Virus record (IMG/VR): IMGVR_UViG_3300037502_002629
DNA length: 64,000 bases
Reading direction: 5' to 3' (one strand)
Origin: an uncultured virus (IMG/VR IMGVR_UViG_3300037502_002629)
Taxonomy: Duplodnaviria > Heunggongvirae > Uroviricota > Caudoviricetes
The position numbers and the translations under genes were made by a program. The notes under the pieces are model-generated. The model was not told the origin of the DNA. It did not search any database and was given only the letters and a program-made list of their open reading frames with translations. This document shows positions 27,912 to 39,300 of this stretch, in pieces (within the stretch, counting starts at the first letter, position 1; each line of letters begins with the position of its first letter).

Positions 27912-29090
27912 ATGAATATAAATAATAACTGCGAACCTTGTAATACAACCCCTGGAGCACCTGTTAATCCCGCACCTACATGTCCTACGCCTGCATGTGA
28001 AGAATTAACACCTACAGAATGTGTCATTAATAATCTATTAGATGACAGTTGCACAAGTTACTTGTATCAATATGATCAAGATACAGGTGCTTTAATCATT
28101 GACCCACAAACAAATGCACCAACACCTATTGTTGATGCAAATGGTCAACCTGAGTATCCCTTGGGTTTAACCATACAATCAGGTCAAAATCTAAATACAA
28201 TTCTGACTAATCTGGTAGATGCTCAAAACTGCGCATTCAATCCTAATTTTATTGCAGGAATGTTGCAGGTTATACAAGCAAACCCAAATCACCCTGTTTC
28301 TCAGATATTCTGCAATCTAGTCTGCGCGTGCGCATGTGATGATGAATGTCAGATTACCCAGGTTGAGCAGGTTGTCTTTAACCCAATAGATACAAATCAT
28401 GTTACTATGACCTGGTTTGCAATTCCAGGTTATACATATGATTTTACCTTTACTAATACAAGTACAATCCCATCAGAAGTAAGTCAGATTCTTAACTTTT
28501 CTGTTCCTGTTGGAAGTGTTCCCATAGGTGGGGGTGAATATACATTAGACACATCTACTTTACCTGATACTCCAGATCTTGTGAATTTTCCATTAGATTC
28601 AGGGGCGTCGTATCAATTGACCATTACGGCTAATTTTCAAGGTGCAAGTTGCGACAGTATTACTTGGTTCTTTAACACCGTAACAAGCCTGGATTGTGAA
28701 TGCCCAGATGTAGTAATACAGATTACAGCTGAGCCAGGTGCTCCTCTTGATGCACTTGCATTTAATATTGTGTGTATTTCATGTAGCACAGTACCTCCAA
28801 GCAGTGTTATCCCAATTGAATATATTGTAGAAGTTCAGGCTGGTAGTACATTCCCGAATCCAGGTGATGTAGTATTTGGACCATCTCAATATGCATACGC
28901 AGGTGCAACTACACCTGTTTGTTTTGGCTGTGCAGGTGGTATAGTAGGTGGAGAATATGTAGTGTACGTTACACCTGTATGCAGTGAAAATCCAGATTGT
29001 TTTGGTACTCAAATATTCGAAACAATCACTGTTGCGGGGCCTCTTACCTGCGATGTACCTGATATTGTAAGTATCTCATCTAACCCATAA
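27912..29090 (+). CDS. Cys-rich FN3-like virion protein
   Basis: LDSGASYQLTITA and GGEYVVYVTPVC motifs. Confidence 0.65.
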   Translation: MNINNNCEPCNTTPGAPVNPAPTCPTPACEELTPTECVINNLLDDSCTSYLYQYDQDTGALIIDPQTNAPTPIVDANGQPEYPLGLTIQSGQNLNTILTNLVDAQNCAFNPNFIAGMLQVIQANPNHPVSQIFCNLVCACACDDECQITQVEQVVFNPIDTNHVTMTWFAIPGYTYDFTFTNTSTIPSEVSQILNFSVPVGSVPIGGGEYTLDTSTLPDTPDLVNFPLDSGASYQLTITANFQGASCDSITWFFNTVTSLDCECPDVVIQITAEPGAPLDALAFNIVCISCSTVPPSSVIPIEYIVEVQAGSTFPNPGDVVFGPSQYAYAGATTPVCFGCAGGIVGGEYVVYVTPVCSENPDCFGTQIFETITVAGPLTCDVPDIVSISSNP

Positions 29091-29094
29091 GTAA

Positions 29095-29781
29095 ATGTCG
29101 GAGTTTATAACATATACAATTGGATATAGGGTAGTTGGTAGTGGCGCCTCTAACGTACAAATTGCATATAAAGGAAACAATGATGCAATCTATCAGCCTT
29201 TGACTGTAATCAACAATCAGCTTCCAAATCCTGCGCCCGCTGCTCCCTATAGCTACACTCTTCCAGCTAATACGTTGTATAAACATCGGGTATATACAGT
29301 GCAGATTTCATCTATCTGTGATAGTCGGGTATTCTTTGGAGATCTTGTTTATTTGGTTACACAAGAATGCAATGAGGTAACAGCAACTGTTAACGGTGCT
29401 ACAATTGATCTAACATGGGATTCATGGGCGCCTCAATCAGGAGATTCGGTTAAAGAATATCGAATTGAGTATAAAGAAGTGGGTTCACCTGGTCCATATT
29501 ATGTAGAAACTATTCTTATGAGTACAGTAGTGGCAGGTTCTAATTACCCAAGTTTTACTTATACACTTACTACAGGTATAGTACCCGCCGCAACCTATGA
29601 AATAAACTTCTATACTGTACTAGAGTATACATATTATACTAACTACGGATCTTCACAAGCCCAGATTACAATAGGTCCGTGTCCAGTCTCTGGATCTACT
29701 TCAACTGTTGCATTTGAAGAATTAGAAAATAATAACCCAGGGATACAAGAAAATAATAACTTCTCAATACTTGAACAATAA
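29095..29781 (+). CDS. FN3-like virion protein
   Basis: IDLTWDS...YRIEYK...PAATYEI motifs. Confidence 0.65.
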   Translation: MSEFITYTIGYRVVGSGASNVQIAYKGNNDAIYQPLTVINNQLPNPAPAAPYSYTLPANTLYKHRVYTVQISSICDSRVFFGDLVYLVTQECNEVTATVNGATIDLTWDSWAPQSGDSVKEYRIEYKEVGSPGPYYVETILMSTVVAGSNYPSFTYTLTTGIVPAATYEINFYTVLEYTYYTNYGSSQAQITIGPCPVSGSTSTVAFEELENNNPGIQENNNFSILEQ

Positions 29782-32576
29782 TGGCAAATACTAAAATATC
29801 ACAATTAACATCGGGTGCACCTGCACAAGGTATCGATGAGTTTCGTATTGCGAGATTCAATGGTGTAGATTATGATGATTATAAACTAGAGGTTGATGAT
29901 GTAGTCAACTATGTAGACACACAATTAACTCCCATTTCTTCAACTGATATTGGGACACCAGGTGGCGTTGCACCACTGGATGGTAGTGGGTTAGTGCCCG
30001 CAATTAATCTTCCATATACTGCCATTACATACCAAGGAACATGGGATGCTGCCACTAATACTCCCTTTATTACATCTGGTTCAGGTACGTTAGGTGATTT
30101 TTACTGGGTCATGACTGCAGGATCTACAACTATAGATGGAATAAGCTCATGGTCTGTTGGGGATGCTATTGTATTCAATGGTAGTGTATGGCAGAAGGGT
30201 ACAATGGGTTCACCTGGTACACCTGGTCCTGCTGGTAATACAATTCTCAGTGGTGCTGGTAATCCAACTGCTGGTACAGGTACAAATGGTGATTTCTACA
30301 TTAATACCACTACTAATTTCATATTTGGCCCTAAAGCATCTGGTACATGGCCAGCTGGTGTATCATTAGTTGGTCCTGCAGGTGCTGCAGGAGCAGCTGG
30401 TAGTAATGGTACCAACGGTACTAATGGAACAAATGGTACTAATGGTAGTAATGGTGCTGATGGAAAAACTATTCTTAATGGCAGTGGTGCTCCTAGTAAC
30501 AGTTTAGGTGTAAATGGAGATTTTTACATTGATACACTTAACACTGTTTTATATGGTCCAAAAGCATTAGGTGTTTGGTCAACCCCAGGAGTAAGTTTAG
30601 TTGGTCCACAGGGGCCAGCTGGTTCTGGTACGGGAACAAATGCTATAAACACAGCATCTTATTGGGGTGCGGTGGGTACAGGCTCATTTGTTTCTGTAGC
30701 TAATGCAATCAATCCACTTACAGGTAACCCATATGGAGCTGGTGGATTAGCTGCTGCTGAAACACGGTGGAATCTTGTGCGTGAACGGTGGTCTATTGAT
30801 ACATTTGATTTAACAAATATTACATCTTATCCTGTTGGTGGTACTTTTACGGTAACTACTTCATTGGGTAACGTAACATATACGGTTTCTGGACCACCTA
30901 GCACTTTAGCTCAATTAGCTCAAGAAATTGCAGAAAGTATAAATAATGCAAGTGGTGGTAATAATGCTTTGTTTAGGGCTGCTAATTCTAGCGGAAATGT
31001 AGTGCGGGTTTACACCAAGAGCACTAATGCTGTAACCATGACAAAATCGGCAACTGTTCTGGGTACTATAACCGCTGCACGAACTAAGATTTTTAACAAT
31101 ACTACAATCAACATGACAACAGATTCTGTTGATTGGGTGGCATTGCAGCAACTATTGTATCTAACTGAAACTACACAAGGAGCTAATACTGTAGAATTTG
31201 GCGCGGGTAATACATATGTGTTAAGTAGACCATTAGATCTGCCCAATAGAACTGTTGGTAGTTTTGATGCACTCACAATTAATGGAAATAACTGCCAGCT
31301 CAGACCAATAGACATTAGCACAAATGCCTCACGTGTCAAACTAATGTATAGAGATATACCTGCGCAGAGATACGCCTTGGATGGTATACAGAGCAATCTC
31401 CCTAAAATAGACATTAACAATATCTATTTTAGATTGCCTTTTTATACGACCAGAGATCTAAATGTATCCACTCAAAGTGTAGGTTGCATGTTAATAGGGT
31501 ATAACTGCACTGTTTCTAATTCATATTTTGCTGGTGGAGATATAGGTCTCGATTTTCAATTTAATCTTCAAGGATTAGTACAAAGCTGTGTATTTGTTGA
31601 ACAATCTGTTTATGGTGCTGTAGCAAGAAATGGTCAGTGGTTGCAAGCTGGATCAGCAGATGCTCAATCTAATGGTACAGTAATGAAAGCTATTAAGATG
31701 CGTCTTGCTGACAGAGATAACTTTACCACAGATGCGCAACTTTATGGTTTATATATCGCTGGAGCATCAGATTGCAGAGTAGAAGATATTATACTTGAAG
31801 GCGCAGAGGGAGCCAGGGGTGGTACTTCACTTAGTACAGTTACCTATGGAACAGGTGTTAAAACATGGAATACCACTAACTTTCAAGGTACTGTAGGTCA
31901 ACAAGTTTTTATAGAAGAGACTCAGTTTAGATACATGGCAGGAACTGTCACAAGTTATTCAGGCGGAGTTCTTACAGTAAATGTAACAACATCTGTTCCC
32001 AATGGAGCTGTTTCAAATAATAATTGGTCATTTAGAATAGGGAATAGAGTAAACTATGGAATATACTTTAATAATCAGGGAGCAACAGTTGTTAAAGACT
32101 TTGCTATTTACAATGTCCACGTTGAGAAAGAATTTGAAAACTATGCTATTAAAATAAGAGCTTCAGCAGATACACAAGTTGATATTAGAAAAGTTGTCCT
32201 TATTGCAACTGCAGATTTCTGTAGGCTAGTGGAATCAGAGTGTATAGGAGGAACTATTCGTTTAAATCTCGAACAGTTTCCTTACGAGCCACCTAGTAAT
32301 TCTGGTCCTATATTAAAGAACTACAATAACGGGGGAGCTACCGCATGGCGCGTTAAAGATGTTATGACAGATACAGTAAGCTGCCCAGGTTTATTGACTA
32401 TAAGTAGTTTTGGTACAGTGAATCCTTATAATCTGGATTACACAGGATCTTGTACTATAGGAATTACTCCATCATTAGGTTGGTTAAATCCCACCAGAAC
32501 TGATGTATGGGATCTTACAAGTGGAGGGTCTATTCCACCAAATAGCAGATTTCAAGCAATACCGATGTTATTATGA
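29781..32576 (+). CDS. tail fibre/spike with collagen-like repeats and probable beta-helix domain
   Basis: MANTKISQL start, YQGTWDA module, G-X-Y repeats, beta-helix-like C-terminal part. Confidence 0.75.
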   Translation: MANTKISQLTSGAPAQGIDEFRIARFNGVDYDDYKLEVDDVVNYVDTQLTPISSTDIGTPGGVAPLDGSGLVPAINLPYTAITYQGTWDAATNTPFITSGSGTLGDFYWVMTAGSTTIDGISSWSVGDAIVFNGSVWQKGTMGSPGTPGPAGNTILSGAGNPTAGTGTNGDFYINTTTNFIFGPKASGTWPAGVSLVGPAGAAGAAGSNGTNGTNGTNGTNGSNGADGKTILNGSGAPSNSLGVNGDFYIDTLNTVLYGPKALGVWSTPGVSLVGPQGPAGSGTGTNAINTASYWGAVGTGSFVSVANAINPLTGNPYGAGGLAAAETRWNLVRERWSIDTFDLTNITSYPVGGTFTVTTSLGNVTYTVSGPPSTLAQLAQEIAESINNASGGNNALFRAANSSGNVVRVYTKSTNAVTMTKSATVLGTITAARTKIFNNTTINMTTDSVDWVALQQLLYLTETTQGANTVEFGAGNTYVLSRPLDLPNRTVGSFDALTINGNNCQLRPIDISTNASRVKLMYRDIPAQRYALDGIQSNLPKIDINNIYFRLPFYTTRDLNVSTQSVGCMLIGYNCTVSNSYFAGGDIGLDFQFNLQGLVQSCVFVEQSVYGAVARNGQWLQAGSADAQSNGTVMKAIKMRLADRDNFTTDAQLYGLYIAGASDCRVEDIILEGAEGARGGTSLSTVTYGTGVKTWNTTNFQGTVGQQVFIEETQFRYMAGTVTSYSGGVLTVNVTTSVPNGAVSNNNWSFRIGNRVNYGIYFNNQGATVVKDFAIYNVHVEKEFENYAIKIRASADTQVDIRKVVLIATADFCRLVESECIGGTIRLNLEQFPYEPPSNSGPILKNYNNGGATAWRVKDVMTDTVSCPGLLTISSFGTVNPYNLDYTGSCTIGITPSLGWLNPTRTDVWDLTSGGSIPPNSRFQAIPMLL

Positions 32577-33289
32577 GTTTTGGTCAGCCAGTATCTCCAA
32601 ATGTTATATCTCTTATTGGATATCCAATTGAGCTGGCTAACTATTCTCAAAATTTAATTGAGCTAAAATATTACCCTGTACCATCTGAACCACTAATAAC
32701 AACAAGTTATTATCTTGATAAAAAAATAACTTTTGTTCAATTACAAACTACCTTACCATCTGATCCTACTGCTGTTTCCACCACGATTTCACTTAGTACT
32801 ATATATGGAGAAAGTTATCAATTTCAATATTACGATGTAACTATACCTGTTATAAGTGATGCTCAGGAATTGGTAAATACAATTGCGGGTTGGCTCGGGT
32901 ATATATCTGATGTATCAGTAAACGGCGGGTCTCCTGTACAACTATTTAATACATTAAACCTAATTGAAGGATCTAATATTACAATTGTAACTACCCCTGA
33001 TCCAATAAATAATGTATTGGATGTAACAATTAGTGCATCTGGAGGAGGTGGTGTTACAACTTTTTCAGGCGGCACAACAGGACTAACACCTGCAGCTCCA
33101 ACCTCAGGTGCTGTAACACTGGCTGGAACTCTTGTAGTAGCAAATGGTGGTACAGGGTTGAGTGCATTAGGCAGCGGCTTGCAGTACCTTAGAGTAAACG
33201 CGGGAGCAACTGCATTGGAATACGCAACATTCCCATCTGTAGTTACAGATGATCCTTTTCCTAAAATATTAATGCTAATGGGCGGATAA
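32573..33289 (+). CDS. tail fibre-associated protein
   Basis: GVTTFSGGTTGLTP...VANGGTG fibre motifs. Confidence 0.65.
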   Translation: MSFGQPVSPNVISLIGYPIELANYSQNLIELKYYPVPSEPLITTSYYLDKKITFVQLQTTLPSDPTAVSTTISLSTIYGESYQFQYYDVTIPVISDAQELVNTIAGWLGYISDVSVNGGSPVQLFNTLNLIEGSNITIVTTPDPINNVLDVTISASGGGGVTTFSGGTTGLTPAAPTSGAVTLAGTLVVANGGTGLSALGSGLQYLRVNAGATALEYATFPSVVTDDPFPKILMLMGG

Positions 33290-33290
33290 T

Positions 33291-33629
33291 ATGGCTACCA
33301 CCTATAAAGTACTAGGGCAACAAGCCCCCTTAGGCAATACAGAGGTAATACTCTATACTGTGCCCGCCGCTACATCTACTGTAGTAAGTTCTATTACTAT
33401 CTGCAACCGCGACACTGACGCATGCACCTTTAGAGTATCTGTAAGCATTGGGGGTTCTGCCACTGCTAATACAGACTATATATATTATGATGTAACTTTG
33501 GCTGGAAATGATACATTTATAGCTACCATTGGAATCACAATGGCAGCCACTGATGTAATCAGAGTTCGAGCATCTGGCTTAGGGGGAGATAATGTAACAT
33601 TCCAGGCATTTGGATCTGAACTGACATAA
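33291..33629 (+). CDS. small tail-fibre-associated beta protein
   Basis: YKVLGQ...LYTVPA...FGSE pattern, common in aquatic phages. Confidence 0.65.
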   Translation: MATTYKVLGQQAPLGNTEVILYTVPAATSTVVSSITICNRDTDACTFRVSVSIGGSATANTDYIYYDVTLAGNDTFIATIGITMAATDVIRVRASGLGGDNVTFQAFGSELT

Positions 33630-33630
33630 G

Positions 33631-34881
33631 ATGGCACAAGGGTATTCAGGATATAGTATTATTGATAGCAACTTTACAATCAAGGACAGTGCAAACCTTG
33701 ATGCGTTCAGCAGGCTCAGGGTGAGTAATCCCTTGACGCTGTTCAACGCTCAGTTTACATATAATCTGCACCCTCTTTTATTTGAGCAGATTACCAGTGG
33801 TGCGGGTGCTACGATAGCTTACAATACCACCAATAGATATGCTGCTATGACGTTTGCTGCTACTCCCACGGGAGGGCAGTGTTACATGCAGAGTTACGAG
33901 TATCTCCCATATCAACCTGGTAAAAGTCAGCTATCTTTTCTCACATTCAACTTTGAGGGAGGGGTGGCAGATGTCCTTAAGTTTGCTGGATACTCAGACG
34001 GGGTAAATGGAGTGGAATTTCAGCTCAATGGTGCCACGCCTAGGTTTGCGATATATTCAGGGACGGGAGCAGGGAATCAGTTTGTGAACCAGTCAAGCTG
34101 GAACCTTGATAAGCTGGATGGTACGGGTGCTAGTGGGTACACTTTGGACTTGACTAAGGTGCAGATATTAGTTATTGACCTTCAGGCGTTGTATGCGGGT
34201 AGGGTAAGGGTAGGTTTTGACATAGGGGGAACTATCATCTATGCCCATCAATTCTTGCACGGTAACAGCGTAGCTCCACCATACTTGCAAACGGCTAGTT
34301 TACCTGTAAGGTGCGGTATGACGTGTACTGCTACGGTGAGTACCACTATGTACTTCTTATGTTCTACGGTGATTAGCGAGGGTGGGTTGGACGATGTGAA
34401 CCAGTTTGGGTACACGTTCACTCAAAGCAGTACAGCGGTCAGTGTGGCTACCTCACCTACTCATGTGTTGAGTTTAAGACCTAAGTTGACGTTCAATGGG
34501 ATTTCGAACAGGAGCAGGGTGGCTTTTATTGATGTAGAAATATTCAACAATGGCAACCAGCCAGTATATTGGCAGCTCTGTATAGGTCAGGCTATCACGG
34601 GAACTACTACCTTTAATGATGTGAACACTACCTACAGTAGTACAGAGTATAACATCTTGGGTACAATAAGTGGATCTCCTGCGATAATAATAGATGCAGG
34701 ATATGTGGCAGCTTCAGGTGGTGCTAAAGGGGTAACAAATACAGCGATAAACTCCAGGTATCCTATAACACTAAATGCTGCGGGGGCGCACAGGACACTT
34801 GGAACTTTGTCATTAGTGTTAACTTCAACCAGTGGCGCACAGAGTTGCTTTGGGGCTATGAAATTCAGGGAGATAAGATAA
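33631..34881 (+). CDS. putative lectin-like virion protein
   Basis: DAFSRLRVSNP, YQPGKSQ, WNLDKLDGTG and GRVRVGF motifs. Confidence 0.65.
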   Translation: MAQGYSGYSIIDSNFTIKDSANLDAFSRLRVSNPLTLFNAQFTYNLHPLLFEQITSGAGATIAYNTTNRYAAMTFAATPTGGQCYMQSYEYLPYQPGKSQLSFLTFNFEGGVADVLKFAGYSDGVNGVEFQLNGATPRFAIYSGTGAGNQFVNQSSWNLDKLDGTGASGYTLDLTKVQILVIDLQALYAGRVRVGFDIGGTIIYAHQFLHGNSVAPPYLQTASLPVRCGMTCTATVSTTMYFLCSTVISEGGLDDVNQFGYTFTQSSTAVSVATSPTHVLSLRPKLTFNGISNRSRVAFIDVEIFNNGNQPVYWQLCIGQAITGTTTFNDVNTTYSSTEYNILGTISGSPAIIIDAGYVAASGGAKGVTNTAINSRYPITLNAAGAHRTLGTLSLVLTSTSGAQSCFGAMKFREIR

Positions 34882-35138
34882 TGGCACAAGGAACAACAAA
34901 AGGAGTACCTATAGATATTGATCCTACTCTAAGCACGGATAGTGATTTGTTGGTAGCATCGCAGAAGGCGACTAAGGCGTATGTTGATACTGAGTTATTA
35001 TCAAAACAGGATAGTATTAATCTGACTACTACGGGAAACAGTGGTCCTGCTACATTGGCGGGCAATACGCTTAATATTCCTGAATATACGGATGTACCTA
35101 TTGTAAATAAGGTTATGTCATTCATAAGCACATTCTAA
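34881..35138 (+). CDS. short fibre-associated protein
   Basis: Start MAQGTTKG at 34881; SQKATKAYVD motif. Confidence 0.6.
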   Translation: MAQGTTKGVPIDIDPTLSTDSDLLVASQKATKAYVDTELLSKQDSINLTTTGNSGPATLAGNTLNIPEYTDVPIVNKVMSFISTF

Positions 35139-36364
35139 TGTATTTAAGCGCGACCACACATATACTTGAGATACTCTCTGATGCGACAGCGACAACGAAC
35201 GAGCCTGTCTATTCAGTTGCGTACAACGATCACACAAGTGCAGGGATGACCTTGCCACAGAGCAGCAGTCAGGGATTGCTCACTGGCACTACACCAGTGA
35301 CTGCGGTGAGCGCACCGGGTGCGAGTACGACTCGGCAGATCGCACACTTGACCGTGTACAATGCAGACACGGTGACGAGGATCATCACGGTGCAGAAGGA
35401 TGTGAGTGCTACCAACTACATCGTAGTGAAGGCATCGCTTGCGAGTGGTGCTACCTTGCAGTTCAGTCGTGAGAATGGATGGACGGTGCTGAACACTGGA
35501 GCAGGGCAGGAGAGTCTTGTGCTGACGCAGTTCATTGCAAGTGGCACGTGGAACAAATCAGCGACACTCAAGGCAGCGTTAGTATGTTGTCTTGGTGCAG
35601 GTGGCGGTGGTGGTAGTGGAAGACAGGGAGCAGCAGGTGAGAACAGATTTGGTGGTAATGGTGGAGGTGGTGGTGCAATGTCATGGCGAGTGTTCCAAGC
35701 ATCGAGCATGAGTTCATCCTATGCTATCACAGTGGGTACTGGTGGTGGTGGTGCAGGGGGTCAAGCATCTACATCAAGCAACGGTAACACAGGTACGACA
35801 GGTGGAGACAGTTCATTCGGCAGTGCGGTGATTGCGAAGGGTGGTTCTGGTGGTGTAGGTGGCACTACATCTCAGCAGACGCAGACATCAGGAGGACTTA
35901 GTTCAGGATCATCCCCTGCACTTGGTCCATACTCGATTGATGGAGGCGTTGGTGTAGCTGGTCAAACAACAAGTTCATCATCGAATACTAATTATGGCTT
36001 GAATGGAAGATACGGTGGTGCAGGTGGCGCAAGTGGACAAGGCATAAGTAGTGCAAACGTATCTGGAGTAGCAGCGAGTACAGGTGCTGGTGTCTATGCG
36101 AATGGCACATTAGTAGCAGGACCTGCGACAGGAGTTGCAGGAGCATCGAATCAATCGTTGAATTTTATGTTCAGCACATCGCTAAGTGCGGTGTATGGTC
36201 TCGGCACAGGTGGAGCAGGTGGTGTACCTGCAAACATCGCAGGCACAGCAGGAGGATCATACGGTGCTGGTGGTGGTGGCGGTAGTGGTACGCTCAACGG
36301 TACAACAAGTGGTGCAGGGGGTGCAGGTGCAGGAGGATTGGTAACAGTATTAGAGATATATTAA
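35138..36364 (+). CDS. glycine-rich domain tail fibre protein
   Basis: FIASGTW...GAGGGGGSG...GGAGAGGLVTVLEIY. Confidence 0.75.
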   Translation: MYLSATTHILEILSDATATTNEPVYSVAYNDHTSAGMTLPQSSSQGLLTGTTPVTAVSAPGASTTRQIAHLTVYNADTVTRIITVQKDVSATNYIVVKASLASGATLQFSRENGWTVLNTGAGQESLVLTQFIASGTWNKSATLKAALVCCLGAGGGGGSGRQGAAGENRFGGNGGGGGAMSWRVFQASSMSSSYAITVGTGGGGAGGQASTSSNGNTGTTGGDSSFGSAVIAKGGSGGVGGTTSQQTQTSGGLSSGSSPALGPYSIDGGVGVAGQTTSSSSNTNYGLNGRYGGAGGASGQGISSANVSGVAASTGAGVYANGTLVAGPATGVAGASNQSLNFMFSTSLSAVYGLGTGGAGGVPANIAGTAGGSYGAGGGGGSGTLNGTTSGAGGAGAGGLVTVLEIY

Positions 36365-36384
36365 AAAATTTATTAGTTAAAAAA

Positions 36385-39300
36385 ATGAACATCATTGTAA
36401 ATTGGGCACCTGATTCGTTATCACTTCTTCCAACAGATGAATATGACGTATTATATAAAGTAGCAGACCCTGCTAATCTTAATAATTGGATTGTTGCTAA
36501 TTTGCAACAAGCGCCATTTGGACCACTAGCTCCAGGTACTACATCTTATACAATCAATAACGTATTACCCAATACAGTATATAGAGTTGCTGTTGCTAAA
36601 AGTTGTAACGGCACTCCAACATTTGTAACAGAAGCCTCTATTATAGTAGAAGATTGCTTAGTAACTTCGTTTTATCAGGGGCCACCTATAAATGGATACC
36701 CTACACTTTTTTACACTCTATCATCTCCCAACTCTTTACATTTAATTAGCAATCCAGTTTTGATGCTGGATATGACTGCTGGTGATTATCCCTTCCTCAC
36801 AGAATGTAGTGTAGGTCCTCCAAATGACTTTCTTGCTCCAATAGGTAGAACCATACCTATAAATGAGGGTTGTCCAAACGATCTGCCATATGAAACACCT
36901 CCAATATCAGGATTAGTTTGTATACCTGATAGTGTAAATTATCTATCACCAAGTGGTAATACATCTGCTGGAGGATATTATGGAGTTGGTAGTTTTACTT
37001 TGGCAGCACCATGTGCACAGGTAGGTGCGACAGGCCAGGGTCAACCTGTTCTATTTAATTACAATAATGATTATAAACTCTACTATTTAGCAAATGGTTC
37101 AGGTTCTGCATTCAACGTAGGAGTAGCTTATAATTATGAATTTCCACCTGAACCTATTTTTTCTGCTGTATCTAATAATGCTTGTTTTTCTGATCCATCT
37201 CTATATCCAACCTTCACGCCCACTTTGATTCCCTTAGATTATTTAAGAATTAGTGGCGCATTATTACATAATCCATCAACGGGTGCAGTTAATCTAAGTA
37301 TTGATGATGGGACAGGTCAGACAAATATTGAAGAGTATTCTATTGAATATTATACAGATGATCCAACATTATCATCTCAGCTCCAGCTTGTAAATTCTAG
37401 TAGTGTGCCTCTTTCTTTACCTAACATTACGTATGATGTATATTGTCCAATAGAATTAGATCCTGCATTAGACCCTACTCAGCTGAGTTCTGGCATGAGT
37501 GTTAATGTGTTTTTGTATGATCCTGGTTTAAACAACGTTGCAACAATAACTTCTGCAAACTATACTGGATTAACTTTTTTGCAAGCTTGTCAAAATATTG
37601 CAACATATTTAACTAATAACACAATTTATTCTGCTGATGTAGTTACTATAGGTGGAACCTTGTATTTAAGAATTACAACCCCAGGCACTAATATTGTTTC
37701 AGGTTTAGTGACTATTGATGGGCCTGTTTTATTTGGTCCTAACTTACCAGACTTACCTCAAGTATCTCCTACTGGTTTAACAACACCCTATCGAATACAG
37801 GATGCTTTTATTTATGATTCAGGTTCTGGAGATAAAATTTATGGCACACGCGGTTTTCCAGGAACTAGTACAGGATGTGAAATAGAAGTTAGTGACATAA
37901 CAACTTCAACAACAAGTGAATACTCTCATCCTATAGAACTTCCAGCAAGTCGTATAACACTAGTGGATGCACTACCTCCATCAGAAGCATGGGACCTTAA
38001 TGTATCAGATCCCCAACCTGGAATTGGAGGATTAAATCAAGCTATTGTTAAAAATCCTTCAGCATGGAATGATGGATATGTATATCGTTTATTTTACGAC
38101 GACACTAATGGAACTACTATTTCAGTCACAGATCCTTCTGGTACATTCATTGATTCTGAACCATTGGTTGGTCTTGGAAATAACGAATGTGCAAGGTTGA
38201 TTGAAATAAATCAATCTACAGGTGTGGATATGGTAGTTATTGTAGATAATCCATCTACCCCTGGTACATGTACTGCAGAATTTATTCAGCATCTAAACAT
38301 AGGAATATGGGGAAGTGTAGGTACTGTTACTATTCCAAGCAGTAATGAAATATATAAAGGTACTATTACTGGAATAGGACCATTTACAATTGCAAGTGTT
38401 GGTAATGGCTTCATAACAGTGGCAGGTAGTCCATGGACTGATAATCAATGGAATTCATTTAGAATAGAGGTAATTACTGGTACAAATGCTGGAAAACAAT
38501 TTAGTCTTTATGATTATGCACCAACAGCTGTTCCTCCCCAAACTAATTTTAGCAATAATGCAAACACCTTATTTGTAGATCCAAATCCAACATGGAGTTC
38601 ATTTAACCCCAATATTCTATCTCCTGGTGATACGTTTGTATTTCTGGCATCAAGATTTTCTTTTGATGTTTTTTACGATACTGCTGCAAGTTTTACTCCA
38701 AATGAATATCTAAGATACAATCTTGTAATAGAAGATGGGCCTTTATTGGGCAATCAATTTTTAATACAGTCACAAACAACAGATAGAATTGATTGGGATA
38801 ATAAAGGAGCTTTTGGTAGTTATTTTCAGAGAGGTGGGGCAGGACCACAAAGTAATGTGGTATATGACCTGCCCTATAGAATTTATAAAATCAACGATGG
38901 GGGTATAATATACAATCCAGACACTGATCGCTATTTTTATTCTTGCGGAAATGGACAAGTGATTTTGTTAGATGCATCTGCGTATTCTATAGATTTAACA
39001 GTACAATTAACTGAACCAGATGGAATAACAAATGCAAATGGTGCATATCAGTTTGCATATAATTCAGGTAGTGGCGAGGTTTATGCAATAACCAGAGATT
39101 GCTCATTATCTCAGCCAAACATTGCATGGCCTTTTACTCAATTAACAAGTAAACACATTTATGATATTTCTGCGTCTGGTGTTGCACTTCCACCTATAGA
39201 TGGATCTGCTTTATGGAACGAAAACATTGCTGGTAATATCTCCTTTTATGACGATGGGGTGGATCAACACTTATACTTTACATCAATAGATTCTCGTACA

